A stretch of DNA of 64,000 nucleotides from positions 36,421 to 100,420 of the forward strand of contig JBFHFS010000008.1 in the NCBI GenBank assembly GCA_041583495.1, given 5' to 3'. Positions 18,580 through 28,477 of this stretch are shown piece by piece; the stretch's first letter is position 1; each line of letters starts with the position of its first letter. The notes beneath the pieces are model-generated. The model searched no databases. It saw only the letters and a list, made by a program, of their open reading frames with translations, and was not told the DNA's origin. Made by a program: the position numbers and the translations under genes. The DNA is from Marinilabiliaceae bacterium. GTDB lineage: Bacteria > Bacteroidota > Bacteroidia > Bacteroidales > Marinilabiliaceae.

Positions 18580-20541
18580 ATGCGACCCATTTGTCTGAAA
18601 AACAAACAAAGCGTTCTCTCTTTGATCTTAATCGTATGGTTAAGTATTGTTTTTGAGGGTTGCATCCAGGCTCCCGTAAGGGAATATCCAATCCGCCCGG
18701 TTCCTTTTACCCAGGTGCAGGTGCATCCCGGGTTCTGGTTTCATCGGCTTGAAACCAACCGGAAAGTAACGATTCCCTATAATTTCCTGAAATGTGAAGA
18801 GACGGGCAGGATCAGTAACTTTGCAAAGGCCGGCCGACTTGAAGAGGGGGATTTTGAAGGAATCTATTTTAACGATTCGGATGTTTTCAAGGTCATTGAA
18901 GGTGCTTCCTATTCCCTTCATGTTCATCCCGATGAGCAATTGGAGGCCTATCTGGATGATCTCATTTCAAAGATCGCGGCAGCTCAGGAAGCCGACGGTT
19001 ACCACTATTCCATTCGTACGATAAATCCTGACAAAGTGCAGGGTAATTGTGGTAAGGAGCGGTGGTCGGCTCTTAATCATTCTCATGAATTGTATAATGT
19101 GGGGCATCTGTACGAGGCGGCTGTGGCTCATTTTAATGCCACAGGAAAGAGAACCCTTCTCGATGTAGCCCTGAAAAATGCCGACTTAATCTGTGAGGTC
19201 TTTGGCCCCGGCAAACATATGGGGGTCCCCGGTCATCAGGAAATTGAAATCGGGCTGGTAAAGCTATACCGTACAACGGGCCAGGCCAAATACCTCGAAA
19301 TGGCCCGCTTTTTTATCGATCAACGCGGAAATGAACAGGGACATGCTTTATATGGGGAATATTGCCAGGACCATAGGCCTCTGGTGCTGCAGGATAAAGC
19401 CGTGGGGCATTCCGTTCGGGCAGGCTATTTCTATGCCGGTGCTGCCGATGTCGCTGCCCTGACCGGAGAGGGCCAATATGTGGAGGCCCTGGAAAAAATA
19501 TGGGAAGATATGGTTTATACCAAGACTTATCTGACCGGAGGTATTGGTGCCGAACCCAGATATGAGGGATTTGGCCCTTCCTACGAGTTGCCTAATGCCA
19601 CAGCCTATACCGAAACTTGCGCCGCCATTGCCTCTATGTTGTGGAATTACAGGATGTTTCTGCTGAGCGGAGAGGTCAAATATATGGACGTGTTCGAACG
19701 TACTTTGTACAATGGTTTTCTGGCGGGGATTTCCCTCGAAGGAGATGAGTTTTTCTATTCCAACCCCTTGGAAGCCAACGGAGTGCAGACATTTAACCAG
19801 GGGGCTTGTACCCGTTCTCCCTGGTTTGGATGTTCTTGCTGTCCGGTAAACATTGTCAGGTTGTTGCCTTCGTTGCCGGGATACATCTATTCCCAAAATC
19901 AAAATGAAGTGTATGTTAACCTATTTGTGAACAGCACCACTCAACTTGAAGTAGATAATAACGATTTCAGAATTCTCCAGCAATCTGCCTATCCGTGGGA
20001 AGGTAAAATTCATATGGATATCGGGACGGATAAAGGCACACGGGCCAAATTAAAAATTCGCATTCCGGGCTGGAGTCGAAACCAGGTATTGCCCGGCGAG
20101 TTGTACCACTATCTGTCGGACCAAGAAGAGCCCATATCCTTATTTGTAAATGGTGAGATGCAGCCGGTTAAAATAGAGGAGGGTTATTTGATCATTGACC
20201 GAAAGTGGAAAGGGAATACCACCGTGATTCTGGAGCTGAAAATGCCTGTCCGTTTTGTGAAAAGTAACCCTAACATAGAGGCCAACCGCGGGAGGGTTGC
20301 CCTTGAAAGGGGTCCCCTGGTCTTTTGCGCCGAGGAGATCGATAATTTTAAAGGGATTCTTGAGGCCGGAATAAACACCCATCAAAAACTCCATTATGCG
20401 TTTGACCCTGACCTGTTAAACGGAATTGGGGTGCTGGAGGGTAAAGTCCAGAGAAACGGTGAAGAGAAGCCCTCCCCCTTTAAAGCCATTCCTTACTATG
20501 CCTGGTCGAATAGAGGGGTGGGCAGATGGTTGTGTGGATGA
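18580..20541 (+). CDS. Glycoside hydrolase family 127 (beta-L-arabinofuranosidase, DUF1680) lipoprotein; the C-terminal end is possibly frameshifted
   Basis: Lipoprotein-type signal ...VFEGC. Motifs include NDSDVFKVIEGASYSL, HELYNVGHLYEAA, GHQEIEIGLVKLYR, YTETCAAIA and the Cys-rich GCSCCPVNIVR (HypBA1-type Zn/catalytic Cys site). Confidence 0.9.
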   Translation: MRPICLKNKQSVLSLILIVWLSIVFEGCIQAPVREYPIRPVPFTQVQVHPGFWFHRLETNRKVTIPYNFLKCEETGRISNFAKAGRLEEGDFEGIYFNDSDVFKVIEGASYSLHVHPDEQLEAYLDDLISKIAAAQEADGYHYSIRTINPDKVQGNCGKERWSALNHSHELYNVGHLYEAAVAHFNATGKRTLLDVALKNADLICEVFGPGKHMGVPGHQEIEIGLVKLYRTTGQAKYLEMARFFIDQRGNEQGHALYGEYCQDHRPLVLQDKAVGHSVRAGYFYAGAADVAALTGEGQYVEALEKIWEDMVYTKTYLTGGIGAEPRYEGFGPSYELPNATAYTETCAAIASMLWNYRMFLLSGEVKYMDVFERTLYNGFLAGISLEGDEFFYSNPLEANGVQTFNQGACTRSPWFGCSCCPVNIVRLLPSLPGYIYSQNQNEVYVNLFVNSTTQLEVDNNDFRILQQSAYPWEGKIHMDIGTDKGTRAKLKIRIPGWSRNQVLPGELYHYLSDQEEPISLFVNGEMQPVKIEEGYLIIDRKWKGNTTVILELKMPVRFVKSNPNIEANRGRVALERGPLVFCAEEIDNFKGILEAGINTHQKLHYAFDPDLLNGIGVLEGKVQRNGEEKPSPFKAIPYYAWSNRGVGRWLCG

Positions 20542-20763
20542 ATGAAACGGTTTCTGTTGGGCCGGATTAAGCATAAGGTGTTTTTTAGGATGAGTCGCCA
20601 TGGGCAAAAATAATAATGCGTAAGATGTTTTATTAACAAATCTGATTTTGGAATCCTGCCTTTTGGCAGGAATTCTCGGAAAATAGAGTCTGTTCAGTTT
20701 CACAATGTCCCTATTCAATCCTGGCCGACCAACGAAAGGTTTGCCTAAAGGGACTCAAATTTA

Positions 20764-22443
20764 ATGAGAATGAAGATCAATCGGAATGTTTTTTTCAAAG
20801 TAGGTGCCCTTTTGGGAATGATGCTTTTGGCAATCGGACTTCAATGCTGCCAGAACAGCGGGCAGGAAACCTATGAAGCCGACGTAATTGTCTATGGAGG
20901 AACTTCGGCAGCCATAACGGCCGCCGTTGAGACAGCCCAATCGGGGAAATCGGTTATTGTGGTTTCTCCCGACAAGCACCTTGGGGGGTTAACCTCCGGC
21001 GGGCTGGGGTACACCGATACCGGTAATAAATCGGTCATTGGCGGATTATCCCGGGAATTTTACCATCGGGTTTGGTTGCATTACAACGACACAGCCGCCT
21101 GGGTTTGGCAAAAACATGCCGACTACGGAAACAAGGGGCAGGGAACAGTGGCTATGGATGGTGAAAACCGTACCATGTGGATTTTTGAACCACACGTTGC
21201 CGAGCAGGTTTTTGAAGATTTTGTGTCGGAGAATAACCTCACCATTTATCGTGATGAATGGCTCGACCGTGAAAATGGGGTAACCAAAAATCAGGGTAAA
21301 ATTATTTCTTTCAAGACTCTTTCGGGGAAAACCTTCAAAGGAAAAATATTTATCGATGCCACTTATGAAGGTGATTTGATGGCTTCTGCAGGGGTGAGTT
21401 ATCATGTAGGAAGGGAAAGTGTGGAAGAATACGGTGAAGAATTTAACGGCGTTCAAACCGGTGTTTTCCATCATGCACATTATTTTAAATCCAATATTTC
21501 GCCCTACAAAATTCCCGGGGATCCTTCCAGTGGGATATTGCCCTGTATCTCGGATCAACCTCCTGGAGAAAAAGGTGCCGGCGATGAAAAGATTCAGGCC
21601 TATTGTTTTCGAATGTGCATGACCGATGTTGATGAAAACCGGCTCCCGTTTCCCAAACCTGAAAACTACGATGCAGCCACCTATGAATTGTTGTTGCGCT
21701 CTTTTGAAACCGGGAGAAAAGATTTTTTTTCGAAATTTGATCCCATTCCCAATAGAAAAACGGATACCAACAATCATGGCCCTTTTAGCAGCGATTTTAT
21801 CGGGATGAATTACGATTACCCGGAAGCCGGCTATCAGCGCCGTATGGAGATCATTCAGGAACATAAAGATTACCAAATGGGGCTTCTATGGTTTGTTGCC
21901 AACGACCCGCGTGTCCCCGATGATATTCGAACAAAAATGGCCACCTGGGGATTGGCCAAAGACGAGTTTGTCGATAATGGGAATTGGCCCCACCAGATCT
22001 ACGTGCGTGAAGCCCGGCGGATGACTGGAGAGTATGTGACGACCGAAAACGATGTGCTTCTGAAACGTGAAGTGCCTGAGCCGGTTGGAATGGGCTCTTA
22101 TGCCATGGATTCACATAATGTGCAACGTTATATCACCCCACAGGGATATGTTCAAAATGAGGGAGATATAGGTGTTTCTCCTCCGGGTCCCTATTCTATT
22201 GGTTATGGTTCAATTCTGCCTAAGAAGGAAGAATGCTCCAATTTACTGGTCCCTGTTTGTGTCTCGAGCAGCCACATCGCTTTCGGCTCTATTCGTATGG
22301 AACCGGTATTTATGATTCTGGGGCAATCGGCGGCTGTTGCTGCTGAGCTGGCCATCGATTTGAACTGTGCGGTGCAGGAAGTTCCCTATTCAAAATTAAA
22401 AGCCCAACTCGATTCACGAAACCAAATTTTGACCATGCCCTGA
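20764..22443 (+). CDS. FAD-dependent oxidoreductase (PUL-associated 'FAD_oxidored' family), lipoprotein
   Basis: Signal ...AIGLQCC and dinucleotide-binding motif DVIVYGGTSAAITAAVETAQSGKSVIVV..HLGGLTSGGLG. Confidence 0.7.
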   Translation: MRMKINRNVFFKVGALLGMMLLAIGLQCCQNSGQETYEADVIVYGGTSAAITAAVETAQSGKSVIVVSPDKHLGGLTSGGLGYTDTGNKSVIGGLSREFYHRVWLHYNDTAAWVWQKHADYGNKGQGTVAMDGENRTMWIFEPHVAEQVFEDFVSENNLTIYRDEWLDRENGVTKNQGKIISFKTLSGKTFKGKIFIDATYEGDLMASAGVSYHVGRESVEEYGEEFNGVQTGVFHHAHYFKSNISPYKIPGDPSSGILPCISDQPPGEKGAGDEKIQAYCFRMCMTDVDENRLPFPKPENYDAATYELLLRSFETGRKDFFSKFDPIPNRKTDTNNHGPFSSDFIGMNYDYPEAGYQRRMEIIQEHKDYQMGLLWFVANDPRVPDDIRTKMATWGLAKDEFVDNGNWPHQIYVREARRMTGEYVTTENDVLLKREVPEPVGMGSYAMDSHNVQRYITPQGYVQNEGDIGVSPPGPYSIGYGSILPKKEECSNLLVPVCVSSSHIAFGSIRMEPVFMILGQSAAVAAELAIDLNCAVQEVPYSKLKAQLDSRNQILTMP

Positions 22444-22677
22444 ATACAGGGCACCAGGGATCGGCCCGAAACAGAAGTTTTGACCTTTCAGGATGAGAAT
22501 TGTATAAGTCCCGGTAACGCAGAGGCATTACTTTGTTGAAAAATACTAACTTTATGGTTGATGAACCGGCAAGATGGAGGTAAAGCAAATCCAGTTGTCT
22601 GCAGCTCCAACGTGGGTTCAAGAGGGTTCACTGAAAAATCATACAGACACTATATTAAAATCATAAACACCTTTATA

Positions 22678-23517
22678 ATGAAAACACTTTTAAGAACTCT
22701 ATTAATTCTCCTGATCCTGTCTCCGGTGGCAGAAGCCCAAAAACCTGAACGTCCCGACCCCCAGCCTGCGCCGGAAACGAGTGAGCCATTTAAATTAGGT
22801 ATGGCCGGTTATACTTTTGCCCGGTTTGATCTGGATAAAACGCTTGAAACACTCAAACGAGCCGATGTACATTACCTGTGCATAAAAGACTTTCATTTGC
22901 CTATGAAAAGTACCGATAAAGAGATTGAAGCTTTTCATGCCAAGTTGGAAGCTTTTGATGTGATTGGTTATGCCGTGGGGCCAATCTATATGAAAACCGA
23001 CGAGGAGGTGGATAAAGTTTTCGAATACGCAAAACGGGTAGGCGTAAAAACCATCGTGGGGGTCCCAACCTATGAGCTGCTTCCTTATGTGAGTAAAAAA
23101 GTGGCAGAGTGTGACATGAAATTTGCCATTCATCTGCACGGACCTGATATTGATAAATTTCAGGATGCCGATGATGTATGGGAAAATGTAAAGGATTTGG
23201 ATCCTCGTATGGGGATGTGTCTGGATATCGGCCATGACAGAAGAAATGGAAAAGACCCGGTGGCTGATTTGAAAAAGTATCAGGCCAGGGTGTTCGATAT
23301 TCACTTAAAAGATGTGACGGGCGCTTCAAAACTCGGGTATTCTGTGGAAGTTGGACGGGGCATTCTGGATATCCCCGGGTTTGTGAAAATGCTTCGAAAA
23401 GTAAATTATACCGGCGTGGTCAGCCTGGAGCATGAACGCAATATGGACGATCCTTTTATGGGGATTGCCGAGTCGATTGGTTATTTTAGAGGGGTCGTCG
23501 CTGCCACCAGAAACTAA
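22678..23517 (+). CDS. Secreted sugar phosphate isomerase/epimerase (xylose isomerase-like TIM barrel) family protein
   Basis: I take the start at ATG 22678 (MKTLLRTLLILLILSPVAEAQ signal). Metal-site-like segments AIHLHG, DIGH and VSLEHE are present. Confidence 0.75.
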   Translation: MKTLLRTLLILLILSPVAEAQKPERPDPQPAPETSEPFKLGMAGYTFARFDLDKTLETLKRADVHYLCIKDFHLPMKSTDKEIEAFHAKLEAFDVIGYAVGPIYMKTDEEVDKVFEYAKRVGVKTIVGVPTYELLPYVSKKVAECDMKFAIHLHGPDIDKFQDADDVWENVKDLDPRMGMCLDIGHDRRNGKDPVADLKKYQARVFDIHLKDVTGASKLGYSVEVGRGILDIPGFVKMLRKVNYTGVVSLEHERNMDDPFMGIAESIGYFRGVVAATRN

Positions 23518-23532
23518 TTCCCACCATCCCAT

Positions 23533-25347
23533 ATGAAACCAATTTTATTTTTGTTGCTCCTGGTCGGTTTAATTCAACTGGGTAATGCGCAAGCATGGCA
23601 ACCGGCAGGTGATAAAATAAAGACTTCCTGGTCGGAGCGTCTTGATGTCAATCATATCCTTTCGGAATATCCGCGACCTGCGATGAAAAGAGGTGACTGG
23701 ACCAGCCTGAATGGTTTATGGGATTATGCCATTACCGATGCCGGTGCTGCGACCCCGATCCAATTTGATGGACAAATACTGGTTCCTTTTGCGGTTGAAT
23801 CGAGCTTGTCGGGGGTTCAAAAACGCTTGGGCCATGAAAAAGAACTGTGGTACCAGCGTGATTTCATGGTTCCTAAAGAGTGGAAAGGACAGAGGGTGTT
23901 GCTGCATTTTGGGGCAGTAGATTGGAAAACAGATATTTGGGTGAATGATATTAAGGTTGGTTCTCATAAAGGTGGGTATACCCCCTTTTCGTTCGATATC
24001 TCCCCCTTTCTGAATACAAACGGCCACCAGCGGCTGATGGTGAGGGTGTGGGATCCTACCGATAAGGGATATCAACCCAGGGGGAAACAGGTGAGTAATC
24101 CTCAAGGTATTTGGTATACCCCGGTTTCGGGAATTTGGCAAACTGTTTGGTTGGAGCCTGTGGCGGTGAAGTATATCACCGCGGTGCGTAGAACACCCGA
24201 TATTGATAGGGAAAGGATTGGGATTGCGTTGAATACTGCCGGCACCACTGGTGTGGAGTGGTACGAAGCCATTGTGCTCGATGGGAACACCCAATTGGTC
24301 ACAGGAAAAGCTGCCGTGACCGAAGCCCTCGAAATGGTGGTGAAGGATGCTAAATTATGGAGTCCCGAATCTCCTTTTCTATACCAGCTTAAGATTAATC
24401 TATACAGCCGGGGTAAGATTGTGGATCAGGTGGACAGCTATTTTGCCATGCGAAAGGTTTCTAAGAAGAGAGACCAGAATGGCATCGTCCGGCTTCAGCT
24501 CAACAATAAGGATTATTTTCAGTTTGGCCCGCTCGATCAGGGGTGGTGGCCCGACGGTTTGTATACGGCCCCCTCGGATGATGCACTGAAATATGATATT
24601 ATTAAGACTAAGGAGCTGGGCTTTAATATGATTCGAAAGCATGTGAAGGTGGAGCCTGCCCGGTGGTATTATCATTGCGACCGCGAAGGGATGTTGGTTT
24701 GGCAGGATATGCCCAGTGGGGATAAAAGTCCCCAATGGCAGATGAAACAATATTTCGATGGGACAGAAATGATCAGAAGTGCTGAATCGGAAGAGAATTA
24801 CCGGCAGGAGCTTAAGGAGTTGGTGGATTATCTTTACTCTTCTCCCTGCGTGATCTGCTGGGTGCCCTTTAACGAAGCCTGGGGCCAGTTTAAAACAACA
24901 GAGATAACCGAATGGCTGGCCAATTATGATCCTTCCCGGTTGATTAATCCAGCCAGCGGAGGTAATTTTTATCCGACAGGCGATATTTTGGATCTGCATA
25001 ACTACCCCGGACCGGCATTGTATCTGTTCGACGGGCAAAGGGCTAACGTACTTGGTGAATATGGTGGTATCGGCCTGCCGTTGGAAGGGCATCTCTGGGA
25101 TACCGATAAGAATTGGGGCTATGTGCAGTTTAAATCGTCTGATGAAGTGACGGATAGGTATATCCAATATGCTGAGGAGCTCTTGAAGCTTATTAAGGCA
25201 GGATTCTCGGCAGCTGTTTATACCCAAACAACCGATGTGGAGAGCGAAGTAAACGGATTGATTACCTACGATCGCAAGGTCATAAAGGTGGATCTGAACC
25301 GAGTCCGGGAGATGAATCAAAAGATCTGTAAATCCCTGGATAATTGA
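23533..25347 (+). CDS. Glycoside hydrolase family 2 protein (about 600-aa form), secreted
   Basis: Signal ...LGNAQA. GH2 sugar-binding region HFGAVDWKTDIWVNDIKVGSHKGGYTPFSFDIS, TIM region NMIRKHVKVEP..WYYHCDREGMLVWQDMP and acid/base-type FNEAWGQ. Confidence 0.85.
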   Translation: MKPILFLLLLVGLIQLGNAQAWQPAGDKIKTSWSERLDVNHILSEYPRPAMKRGDWTSLNGLWDYAITDAGAATPIQFDGQILVPFAVESSLSGVQKRLGHEKELWYQRDFMVPKEWKGQRVLLHFGAVDWKTDIWVNDIKVGSHKGGYTPFSFDISPFLNTNGHQRLMVRVWDPTDKGYQPRGKQVSNPQGIWYTPVSGIWQTVWLEPVAVKYITAVRRTPDIDRERIGIALNTAGTTGVEWYEAIVLDGNTQLVTGKAAVTEALEMVVKDAKLWSPESPFLYQLKINLYSRGKIVDQVDSYFAMRKVSKKRDQNGIVRLQLNNKDYFQFGPLDQGWWPDGLYTAPSDDALKYDIIKTKELGFNMIRKHVKVEPARWYYHCDREGMLVWQDMPSGDKSPQWQMKQYFDGTEMIRSAESEENYRQELKELVDYLYSSPCVICWVPFNEAWGQFKTTEITEWLANYDPSRLINPASGGNFYPTGDILDLHNYPGPALYLFDGQRANVLGEYGGIGLPLEGHLWDTDKNWGYVQFKSSDEVTDRYIQYAEELLKLIKAGFSAAVYTQTTDVESEVNGLITYDRKVIKVDLNRVREMNQKICKSLDN

Positions 25348-25425
25348 TGCACGGATACTCGGACGGCTTTTTGTTTTTCAATTGTTACCTAATGGGGTAA
25401 GCGCTATAATTAAATCCTAAAACCC

Positions 25426-26544
25426 ATGAAACTCTGTTTGTTTGGAATCGTTTTGTTTTGTACGCTGTCGTGTGTGACTCATGTGGGCTATAAGGTCTTG
25501 GATGACAAATCATTTGATGTTGTTGTTGACGGTAAAATGGTGATGCTTTTTACTTTGAAGAATAAAAATGACCTGTGCGTCCAGATAACCAATTTTGGCG
25601 GACGGGTGGTGGCCCTTTGGGTGCCCGACAGGGATGGTCATTTCGACGATATTGTTCTGGGTTATCCTACTCCGGAGGGCTATCTGAAAGGCAGTGGGTC
25701 TTATTTTGGGGCCACAATAGGGCGCTATGGCAATCGCATTGCCAGGGGCCAATTTATCCTCAATGACAGGGAATATACCCTGGCAACCAATAACAATGGG
25801 AATCATCTGCATGGTGGCATCAAAGGGTTCAATAACGTAGTTTGGGAAGCCACCCAGGTGGATGGGCAAACGCTGGAACTCACTTATATGTCGAGAGATA
25901 TGGAAGAGGGATATCCGGGAAATCTTCAAACCACAGTTGTTTACCAGTTGACCAATAACGACGAATTAAAAATTGAGTACCGGGCAACTACCGATGCGCC
26001 TACCCCTGTCAACCTAACACATCATTCCTTTTTTAACCTGCACGGGGCCGGGAATGGTGCCATCAAGGACCACCTTGTGGAGATCAATGCCGATAACTTC
26101 ACCCCGGTAGATTCAGGTCTGATTCCAACCGGTGAGATGGCACAGGTTGAAGGAACCCCGATGGATTTCAGACAACCAACAACTATTGGAAGCCGCATAG
26201 ACAGCGATTTTGACCAGCTGAAACTTGGTGGGGGATATGATCATAACTATGTGTTAAATCAAGGTTCTGATGAAATGAACTTCGCCGCCAGAGTGTTGGA
26301 TCCTGAATCCGGAAGGGTTCTTGAAGTATTCACCAATGAGCCGGGGATGCAGTTTTATACCGGAAATTTTTTAAATGGAATGGATATCGGTAAAAATGAC
26401 AAAACCTATGAATACCGTTCCGCTTTCTGTATGGAAACCCAACATTTTCCCGACAGTCCCAATCACGAGAGCTTTCCTTCAACCATTCTTAATCCGGGGC
26501 AAGAGTATTACTCTGTTTGTGTTTATAAGTTTTCGGTACAGTAA
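25426..26544 (+). CDS. galM: Aldose 1-epimerase (galactose mutarotase), secreted
   Basis: Motifs ITNFGGRVVALWVPD, GATIGRYGNRIA, NGNHLHGG, NLTHHSFFNL and CMETQHFPDSPN are the mutarotase signatures. Confidence 0.9.
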   Translation: MKLCLFGIVLFCTLSCVTHVGYKVLDDKSFDVVVDGKMVMLFTLKNKNDLCVQITNFGGRVVALWVPDRDGHFDDIVLGYPTPEGYLKGSGSYFGATIGRYGNRIARGQFILNDREYTLATNNNGNHLHGGIKGFNNVVWEATQVDGQTLELTYMSRDMEEGYPGNLQTTVVYQLTNNDELKIEYRATTDAPTPVNLTHHSFFNLHGAGNGAIKDHLVEINADNFTPVDSGLIPTGEMAQVEGTPMDFRQPTTIGSRIDSDFDQLKLGGGYDHNYVLNQGSDEMNFAARVLDPESGRVLEVFTNEPGMQFYTGNFLNGMDIGKNDKTYEYRSAFCMETQHFPDSPNHESFPSTILNPGQEYYSVCVYKFSVQ

Positions 26545-26584
26545 GGGAGTAGGCCGGAGTTCCAACAAGTCATCTGGTAACCAG

Positions 26585-26623
26585 ACCTAATCAGGTAAAT
26601 TATATTTATCCGATTAGGTTTTT
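26585..26623 (+). terminator. Possible intrinsic terminator after galM
   Basis: ACCTAATC (26585-26592) pairs with GATTAGGT (26612-26619) and is followed by TTTT. The loop is large (19 nt), so this is a weak call. Confidence 0.35.
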
Positions 26624-26864
26624 AGGCGATAACCCGTCTGAGCTGGGCCGCAAGCACGGTGGGAAAAGGGTTGAATTTTTTATCTCAATGGTTGGTTAGG
26701 TTAATCCGTCAGAAGGATGATAATCTTTTTTCGCAACAGGGATTACCGGAATCCCGAATGAAGCCCTCGTTTTTTACCTGCTATGAGTGCTTAAACAGTT
26801 CAGCTATCCCTTGGAGTTTTTTCATACTTTTGTATCCGAATGGATTTAAATAAGGAGACGGAAA

Positions 26865-28400
26865 ATGGGGTACAAAGAAGTCACAGTCAAGTTACCGACC
26901 GATTACACAGAAGATACGCTTCGGGAACGAATTGCACAGGAACTGCATTTGAGGGAGTTTACATGTCATATAGAGAATAAAAGCCTTGATGCCCGAAAAA
27001 AGACTAATATTCACTGGTTGGTAAGAGTACTTGTGGTGTCGGAGGAGCTCAAGGGAGGAACGGCCCCTCTATTTCCGGAATTAGTGATTCCCTATCAAAA
27101 GCGGAAGGCCCGGTTGCATGTGGTGGGTAGTGGACCGGCCGGCTTCTTTTGCGCGTTGGTTCTGCAAAAAGCAGGCTTCGATACAACCATTATTGAGCGC
27201 GGTTCGGAGGTGGGAAAACGGGGTCACTCTATTTCCCTGTTCGAGCATAAAGGTGTTTTCGATCCGCTCAATAATTATGCTTTTGGCGAGGGGGGAGCAG
27301 GGACTTTTTCGGATGGGAAGCTTACTTCACGATCGAAACATATTTCCAGGGAGAGGCAATTTGTGCTTTCGAGCTATGCCCGTGCTGGCGGCCCCGATGA
27401 GATCATGTATCTGGCTCATCCCCACCTGGGTACCGACAACTTAAAAGTTATTGTCAATAATCTTCGGCAGGAGTTTCTGGAGCTTGGGGGAACCATTCTT
27501 TTTGAGACCATGTTCGAGGATATTACCATAGAACAAGGGTCCATAACAAAGGTGAAGACTTCGCGGGGGATCCTGGATACGGACGGTCTTTTCATTGCCT
27601 CGGGGCATTCGGCCTATGAAACCTATCGGATGTTGATGAGGCAGGGGGTGGTGTTTCAACCAAAGAATTTTGCCATTGGCTGCAGAATGGAGCACCGGCA
27701 GGAAATCATCAATCAGGCGCAGTGGGGATCCAAAAAACTTCCCGGCGTGAAGGCCGCGGAGTATCGGTTGACCTCTCCCGGAGACGGTAAGCATCATGTT
27801 TTTTCTTTCTGCATGTGTCCCGGTGGCATGGTGGTGCCTGCTACGGCGTATGCCGGGTCCAATATTGTAAATGGCATGAGTTATTATAAGCGGAATCAGC
27901 CGTTTGCCAATGCCGCCTGCGTGGCGGGCATTCATCCCGATGAGCTGGCCGGTAAAGCCTGCCGGCCTCTCGAGGCGCTAGACGTGCTGGAGCAATTGGA
28001 ACAACGTTTTTTTGAATATTCCAATGGTTATGAAGCGCCCGCTTGTAGTATTCCCGATTTCATTAGTGGAAAAGAAAAGGGTAGGAAAATGGAAAGTAGT
28101 TATCCTTTGGGGTTAAAGGCGGCACCTCTTTGGGAACTGTTGCCGGGAAGCGTGAGTGAGGCTTTGAGGAAAGGTCTGGTCGATTTTTCTAAAAAGATGA
28201 AAGGCTTTGAGCAGGGAATCTTATTGGGGCTTGAAAGTAAAACCTCCTCGCCGGTCAGAGCTCTTAGAGAACCCAATGGTCTTTGTGTGAACTTTGAAAA
28301 CTTATATATGATGGGTGAGGGCAGTGGTTATGCCGGTGGTATTATCTCAAGCGCTGCCGATGGCATACGAGCTGCCATGAATTTTATTGAAAAACAATGA
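26865..28400 (+). CDS. NAD(P)/FAD-dependent oxidoreductase (COG2509-type uncharacterised FAD-dependent dehydrogenase)
   Basis: HVVGSGPAGFFCALVLQKAG dinucleotide fold and GAGTFSDGKL, with a C-terminal GEGSGYAGGIISSAADG. Confidence 0.75.
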   Translation: MGYKEVTVKLPTDYTEDTLRERIAQELHLREFTCHIENKSLDARKKTNIHWLVRVLVVSEELKGGTAPLFPELVIPYQKRKARLHVVGSGPAGFFCALVLQKAGFDTTIIERGSEVGKRGHSISLFEHKGVFDPLNNYAFGEGGAGTFSDGKLTSRSKHISRERQFVLSSYARAGGPDEIMYLAHPHLGTDNLKVIVNNLRQEFLELGGTILFETMFEDITIEQGSITKVKTSRGILDTDGLFIASGHSAYETYRMLMRQGVVFQPKNFAIGCRMEHRQEIINQAQWGSKKLPGVKAAEYRLTSPGDGKHHVFSFCMCPGGMVVPATAYAGSNIVNGMSYYKRNQPFANAACVAGIHPDELAGKACRPLEALDVLEQLEQRFFEYSNGYEAPACSIPDFISGKEKGRKMESSYPLGLKAAPLWELLPGSVSEALRKGLVDFSKKMKGFEQGILLGLESKTSSPVRALREPNGLCVNFENLYMMGEGSGYAGGIISSAADGIRAAMNFIEKQ

Positions 28401-28429
28401 CCTAAAAGTATGATTGGCCGTTTTGTCCG

Positions 28430-28462
28430 CTTGAACCGGATGATTTCTCGTTCCGGTTCAAG
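28430..28462. terminator. Hairpin between convergent genes (11-bp perfect stem)
   Basis: CTTGAACCGGA (28430-28440) and TCCGGTTCAAG (28452-28462) with an 11-nt loop. It lies between the stops at 28400 (+) and 28478 (-). Confidence 0.55.
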
Positions 28463-28477
28463 TGGTTGGTTGGATAC

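Noticed and set aside
20650-20676. Imperfect hairpin GAATCCTGCC-TTTT-GGCAGGAATTC, about 110 nt after the GH127 stop. I considered it as a terminator.
   Set aside because: The stem has a bulge and no T-tract follows. It lies well downstream of either candidate stop, so I am not confident enough to list it as a feature.
21046-21876. Long antisense ORFs opposite well-supported genes. Examples are 21046..21876 (276 aa), 24400..25320 (306 aa), 9194..9967 (257 aa), 11528..12265, 47115..47861, 45975..46595, 52486..53172, 2703..3461, 7186..7821 and 39700..40239.
   Set aside because: Each lies entirely within, and opposite to, a gene with strong family motifs. Their translations are low-complexity (rich in R/G/P/H and I/F/L runs) and show no recognisable motif, signal or sensible start context. 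They are the shadow ORFs expected in moderately GC-rich coding DNA.
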